From: Octopus sinensis
Lineage: Eukaryota
Length of the DNA: 64,000 nucleotides
Direction of reading: 5' to 3'
Assembly: GCF_006345805.1 (NCBI RefSeq)
Contig: NC_043015.1
Coordinates: forward strand, 20,584,001 to 20,648,000
Part shown: in pieces, positions 55,800-64,000 of the stretch
Numbering within the stretch: the stretch's first letter is position 1
Layout: each line of letters starts with the position of its first letter
Translations under genes and position numbers: made by a program
Notes under the pieces: model-generated
The model's input: the letters and a program-made list of their open reading frames with translations, nothing else
Database searches by the model: none
Told to the model about the DNA's origin: nothing

Positions 55800-55812
55800 A
55801 TTATTATTATTA
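55150..55812. repeat. Decayed (GTA/GTG), (CTA), (GAC), (TTG) and (ATT) trinucleotide arrays
   Basis: Direct reading. Confidence 0.9.
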
Positions 55813-55814
55813 TT

Positions 55815-56425
55815 CGAACTGGCAGAATCGTTAGCACGCTGGACGAAATGCTTAGTGGTATTTCGTCTGCCGTTACGTTCTGAGTTCAAATTCCATCGAG
55901 GTCGAATTTGCCTTTCATCCTTTAGGGGTCGATAGATTAAGTACCAGTTGCGCACTGGGGTCGATGTAATCGACTTAATCCGTTTGTCTGTCCTTGTTTG
56001 TCCTCTCTGTGTTTAGCCCCTTGTGGGTAGTAAAGAAATGGGTATTTCGTCCGTCGATACGTTCTGAGTGCAGATTCTGCCGAGGTCAACTTCGCCTTTC
56101 ATCCTTTCGGAGTCGATAAATTAAGTATCAGTGAAACACTAGGGTCGATGTAATCGACTAGTCCCCCTTCCCACAAATTTCAGGCCTTGTGCCTATATTA
56201 GAAAGGATTATTATTATTATTGTTGTTATTGGCAGCTGGCAGAATTGCTAAAATTTTGGGTAAAATTCTTAGCGATATTCTGAGTTCTAATTCTATCGAG
56301 GTCGTATTTGCCCCTCATCCTTCTAGGGTTGATAAAATAAGTACCAGTTGTATACTGGGGTTGATGTAATCGATTTACTCCCTTTCCCGAACATCTTGGT
56401 CTTACGTCAACAAATTTGTAACCAA
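55815..56425 (+). mobile_element. Three tandem SINE family B copies
   Basis: Bodies at about 55815, 56040 and 56230. Confidence 0.88.
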
Positions 56426-56469
56426 TATTACTACTAATATGTATTACTATTACTTCTACTACCGCTATT

Positions 56470-56790
56470 ATTGATACTAGAAGGGCCCCCTTCGGTCATG
56501 AATGACTACGATTTTGCGCCAAGAAAGTTCCTGTTCGAGGCAAGATTGTTTGTGGAAAACCCGCAGTTGTTCATGAATACCAGGGTCCCCTCTCCACGTC
56601 ACTGATGTTAACCAAGGGAAAGACAAAGACCGATAGGGCTTTGCACCAGTGACGCCGCAACATACTTTCATAGCTGAGGGAAGGCGCATGGCTCAGTTGT
56701 TAAAGTGTCGAGCCCACAATCATGAGTTAGTGAGATCGATTCCCGGACCGGGCTGTGTGTTGTGTTCTTGAGCGTGACACTATATTTCAC
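56470..56790. mobile_element. SINE fragment (minus) abutting a tRNA-like SINE head (plus, 56682-56790)
   Basis: GGAAGGCGCATGGCTCAGTTGTTAAAGTG..GATCGATTCCCGG..GTGTTCTTGAGCGTGACACTATATTTCAC head. Confidence 0.65.
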
Positions 56791-57059
56791 ATTTTTGTTA
56801 CAACAATTTCTGCTACTGCAGCTACAAGTACCACTACAACTACAAATACTACTACTACTACTACTACTACTACGATGACGACGACGACGACGACCACCAC
56901 CACCACCACTTTTAGTACTACTATTAAAACTGTCACCATGGTTACTAACCATACTAGTGCTATTAATACTGTTGCTGCCACCAACACGAATATTAGTATT
57001 ACCAATATGACTACAACTAATACTATTTATACTACCTCTACAACCACAAATTCTATCAA

Positions 57060-57098
<39 letters not shown>

Positions 57099-57249
57099 AA
57101 CTACTACTACTACTACCACTACTACTAGCACCACCATCACCACCAGCACTATTATCAAAATTAATGCAGTCGTAACTACAACATCGAATTATTGGGACGA
57201 AGGAAATGCCTTTTTCATTTTACACAAAATGAGAAGTATATTTTCAGAG

Positions 57250-57648
57250 GGAGTGGCTGTGTGGTAAGTAGCTTGCTAACCAACCACATAGTTCCGGGTT
57301 CAGTCCCACTGCGTGGCATCTTGGGCAAATGTCTTCTGCTATAGCCCCGGGCCGACCAATGCCTTGTGAGTGGATATGGTAGAGGGAAACTGAAAGAAGC
57401 CTGTCGTATATATGTATATATATATATATATGTGTATGTGTGTGTGTTTGTCCCACTAGCATTGCTTGACAACCGATGCTGGTGTGTTTACGTCCCCGTC
57501 ACTTAGCGGTTCGGCAAAAGAGACCGATAGAATAAGTACTGGGCTTACAAAGAATAAGTCCCGGGGTCGATTTGCTCGACTAAAGGCGGTGCTCCAGCAT
57601 GGGCGCAGTCAAATGACTGAAACAAGTAAAAGAGTAAAAGAGTAAGAG
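57250..57648 (+). mobile_element. SINE family A, full-length reference copy
   Basis: A box TGGCTGTGTGG, B box GGGTTCAGTCCC, CORE-like CTTGGGCAAATGTCTT, internal (TA)/(TG) tract and (AAAAGAGT) tail. Confidence 0.95.
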
Positions 57649-57959
57649 TAGGGGACGATGGTTGCGAATGATCTCTAGCAGATCGGACAATCACCTCCAA
57701 AGTCTGCAAGCTGGTTTCGATTCATTTGGGGCAAAGTATTTCAGGGGTTAAATTGAACTCTTACAATTTGAAACACTAGAAATGACTTTTATATTTGGTG
57801 GCGTAGAACGATGCTTCGGTGCTGGCGGTGATGACGCTCATTTCTAACTAGAGTTGGTGAGGTGTTATTATCGAGAGGTATTATTATTACTCGTTGCTAT
57901 TAAGCGCTTGTGCTGATACTACTAAAACCTAACAGACATCTACATACACACACGTTTTC

Positions 57960-58048
<89 letters not shown>

Positions 58049-58213
58049 GTATATATATATATATTTAAATATATATACATATATATATATATACATATAT
58101 ATCTATATACATATATATATACATATATATATACCTAAATATATATATACTATAGATATATATATATACCTATATATATATACACACACATACATATACT
58201 TATATATAAACAC

Positions 58214-58262
<49 letters not shown>

Positions 58263-58368
58263 TATATACATGTATACATACACACACATATTTATATGTA
58301 TAGAGAAGACATGCTTACGCACACGCAGATATTCAATTTATACGTGTTCATATGTAAATCTGTACATG

Positions 58369-58414
<46 letters not shown>

Positions 58415-58868
58415 CATGAACTGATAATTGGCACTTGTCATAGCCTATCTTGTTTCCTTGATTTGATTAATTGTTACAAGACATCTACTGATTTGATCAG
58501 TAGATTTGGTTATAGAGACATAGAGATCGATACTAATATATCACACGTCATTTACAAATTTTGTTTCCACCAGCGAATGAGAGTAGCATCTCTATAGTGG
58601 CTTGACCTCCAGGATATAATGGCCAACCGTCCTTCGGTTTCAATACCCTGCGTGGCAACTTGGGCAAGTGTGTAGTACTCTAGCCTCAGCTCGACCAAAG
58701 ACTCGTGAATGGATTTGCCAAACGTGTGTGTGTGTGTGTGTGTACATATATGGTTCAAACTTACAGAAAAGAAAAGACGAAGGCAGGTGCAGGAGCAACT
58801 AGCAGGCGTATTCGTTTGACGCTCGGGAAAAATGGAAAAGTCTTTTACGTTTCAAGCCTATACTTTTC

Positions 58869-58914
58869 GACACCTGATGAAGGTTGGAGGGTACATCAGC
58901 CGAAACGTTGTGTT
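58869..58914 (+). ncRNA. Intact minimal type I hammerhead-ribozyme motif (PLE type)
   Basis: GACAC-CTGATGA-A-GGTTG(GAGGGTACAT)CAGCC-GAAAC-GT-T-GTGTT. Helix I is 5 bp, helix II is 5 bp, helix III is palindromic ACGT, and all core nucleotides are present. Predicted cleavage is after 58909. Confidence 0.85.
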
Positions 58915-58977
58915 AACAGCAAAAAAGATGAGGACAAATATCCGACAAATGTAAATAATGTAAACATATATATATAT

Positions 58978-59219
58978 ATAGAATGGTTGTATATTGTCAA
59001 TCTAACGTGAACGTGACAGTAGGGGGTTACACCACCGCTATTTAGCCCTAGGAAGCATCGACGCCTCCTGATGGCTTTGACACATTTTTCCTGTGTCCTT
59101 ATACAGGAAAAATGTGTGAAAGCCATCAGGAGGGGTCGTTGCTTCCTAGGGCTAAACAGTGGTGGTGTAACCCCCTACTGTCTCGTTCACGTTAGATTGA
59201 CAGTATACAACCATTCTAT
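58978..59219. mobile_element. Palindromic MITE, 117-bp arms with 8-nt loop
   Basis: 58978-59094 is the reverse complement of 59103-59219 with about 6 mismatches and no gaps; TA at both termini. Confidence 0.92.
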
Positions 59220-59329
59220 CGCCCCACCACCGTACATATCTCTATGGGAGATTTAGAAATTTAATATTTCTGATATATATATATATATATAATGTGGGTG
59301 TGTGTATATTTTTATCTGTCACCTTTAGA

Positions 59330-59810
59330 CAACCGGTACTGGTTTTTTTACGTCACTGAGCCGTTCTGCATGAGAAACCGATAGAATAAATACTAGGCAT
59401 AAAGATATGAGCACCGGGGTAGATTCGTGTAGTAAAACCACTTGAAGTTGATGCCCCAACCTGGTCTCAGTCCAATGAATGAAACAGGTAAAAGATAAAA
59501 TATACATCAATTAAATGACGGACTCTTTATATAATGCCGTTGCATGCTTAGGAAAAGAAAACTATGATTGGATGTTTACGGTTGGAACGACATCAATTAT
59601 TGATTTAGCATGTCAGAGCAGATCTGAGACAAAAGAACATCAATAAAACCAAAATCGTGAATATAGTCGAGTGGTACGATGTTTGTTTCTCAACTAAATG
59701 GTTCTGGATTCAGTCCCACTGCGTGGGACCTTGAGCAACTGACTTCCACTATAGCTTCAGGCCGGCCAAAGTAAATTTGCTAGACGGAAACTGAAAGAAG
59801 CTCGTCGTAT
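59330..59810 (+). mobile_element. SINE family A fragments (3-prime half 59330-59495; 5-prime half 59670-59810)
   Basis: Motif matches to 57250-57648. Confidence 0.7.
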
Positions 59811-60578
59811 GAATATTAATCTATCTTGTTGGAACCTTTCTTGAGTTCATTCTTATTATTTTGGAAAGGTAACGTGCAAGGGTTACACATTGAAAATATG
59901 TGATATTTCCAGCAGTAGAACTTTGGATTTTTTACCAAAGTAAAAGATATGTAGCGGACATAAAACAACCCCGCCCACAAAAAATACTAAGCACAAGAGT
60001 GGAATTATTCGACTAAACCCGCTGTATGGCTGCAGTCCAATAACTGAATCAAACGTAAAATGGAACATAAAGGGTTTTTGGTCAAGAATGGAATTCTCTT
60101 TCCTGAGGAATTCAAGAGAAGAATTTTAAGGAGTAAAATTGCCGCCGAATAACGAAAGTCGCGATATTAGTTTTAGTCTTCTGCCATTCAAAAGCTGCCG
60201 GTGTTGAATTCTGCTATAATTCTTCCAGGGTTCAAGGATAAAAATAGCACTCAAATACAGCAAATCTATCTCTCCCCTTCACTATTTCTCAGGTAGGATA
60301 AAGAGGATTGGGTTAGACGTCGCGTAAATTCAACTCAGAATTCACAGAATCGACACAACGCAATGTATTTGGTTAGATGCTCTAAAAACGTTTTAAATTC
60401 GGTATCGTATATTTAGCAACACGTTGAAAGAACTTCTCATGTTGCTTAAAGTGTTGTGGACATGAAGCAAAAAACAAAACAAAAAAAAAACAGGAAAGTA
60501 TACTAGCTCTTCGGACATTTGCAATTGCACAAAGAACAGACCTTTAAACACGAGGAACTACCTCCGTTCGTTTGTTGA

Positions 60579-60615
<37 letters not shown>

Positions 60616-61261
60616 ATATATATATATGATCGAAATCTCGTGGTCTCCGAGCCAGGATACAGGAAGTTGCCTCCCTACTTGTCGTTTATACGGTGTGTGA
60701 AGCGCACTGAATAGACAGCTGAGAGAGACATCCTCCTAGGGTTAAAATAGCAGTATCGTCTGTTCTTATAGAACATCCAGGATTAGGTGGCGATAAACAT
60801 CCTTATATATATTTATAATATATAATCACACACACACGTATAGTTTGAGAGATTGATATTTGTAAGCTTATGTTTTGTTAAGTTATACCTCGATATGTTA
60901 CTATTACATAGAGTCTATATTTAGGCGGTATTAGTGATAGATTCCAACGACTTGCAACAATAAAAGGCAAAACTAGGCACAAGAAGAATTGAAATACAAC
61001 TGACTAACATGGCGTCTAACTTCTTTTCATACATCAGATATACAGCAAAAGACATTATTGAATCTGATAATTTTGTGGCAGACATTCTACGTAGACGTAT
61101 ATATAGGCATACGTGCGCGCGCACGCCCACACACACACATTTGCGCTGCTACAACCACCCTTCCACCTAGTTCAATGTTGATGAAAACTCACAGGATACA
61201 CCTACACCCAAACGCATGCGTGAAATAATACAATTACATATACCTGCTTATGAAATACCAC

Positions 61262-61312
<51 letters not shown>

Positions 61313-61615
61313 TCGCAGACACGTTAACTAGAGATAAAAGTAAACACCTATGGTATCTGGCGCGCGCAAACACATACGTGAATACAAAGAAACACACCCA
61401 CACAAACAAACAGGGCACCCACACACAAGTACAGGGAGAAAAAAGAAAAATCGAACACACCCACATACAACAGAAAAGAAATACAGGAGAAGAAACCTGA
61501 AAACAAAACAAAAACATAGGAACACTTAATGTTGGCGTACACGTGTGTGAGAATATACGAACAGGAGAGTTAACGCTTATCAGATCGTATGTGCATGTGA
61601 ACATTTCTGTGTTTG

Positions 61616-63840
<2,225 letters not shown>

Positions 63841-63982
63841 TTATAGTAGGGCTGACGTGTCTCTCTGTCCCTCTACGGTAACTCGCAAATGTGTGTTGTG
63901 TCATTGATAATGTGATCACAACAACAATAAATTAAACTCTGAGTAAGCATAAGGAATCCAAAACAACTAGCTCCATACTTAC

Positions 63983-64000
63983 TCTGTACCGAGGATTTAC
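63983..64000 (-). other. Possible 3-prime end of an exon running off the window edge
   Basis: Minus strand GTAAATCCTCGGTACAGA|gtaagtatg is a consensus donor in unique sequence; only 18 nt are visible. Confidence 0.25.

Noticed and set aside
56755-57267. 170-aa Thr-rich mucin-like ORF (and 55204-55578)
   Set aside because: Decayed (ACT/ACC/ACG) arrays starting inside a SINE head; similar arrays occur at 16000-16330 and 33185-33290.

Overview
This is AT-rich eukaryotic, intron-like DNA saturated with microsatellites and transposon debris. The tRNA-derived SINE families and (TA)n/(ATT)n/(CATA)n load look like an octopod cephalopod genome; this is my recollection, not a database result. There are no prokaryotic genes, no CRISPR array and no intact rRNA or tRNA, and almost all ORFs in the supplied track are microsatellite read-through. 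One convincing host exon is visible: a 194-bp minus-strand exon (12009-12202) with clean splice sites that encodes part of a cadherin-type repeat. Recognisable mobile-element remnants include three Tc1/mariner transposases, several TIR MITEs, two Helitron/Helentron-type non-autonomous elements, a probable hAT derivative, RTE and CR1/L2 LINE fragments, four or more SINE families and Penelope-like elements (PLEs), one with an open 101-codon GIY-YIG domain. The most interesting signal not shown by the ORF track is a set of at least seven minimal type I hammerhead-ribozyme-like motifs of PLE type, from several families and on both strands. There are also four long fold-back palindromes (48-175 bp arms) that would form long dsRNA if transcribed.
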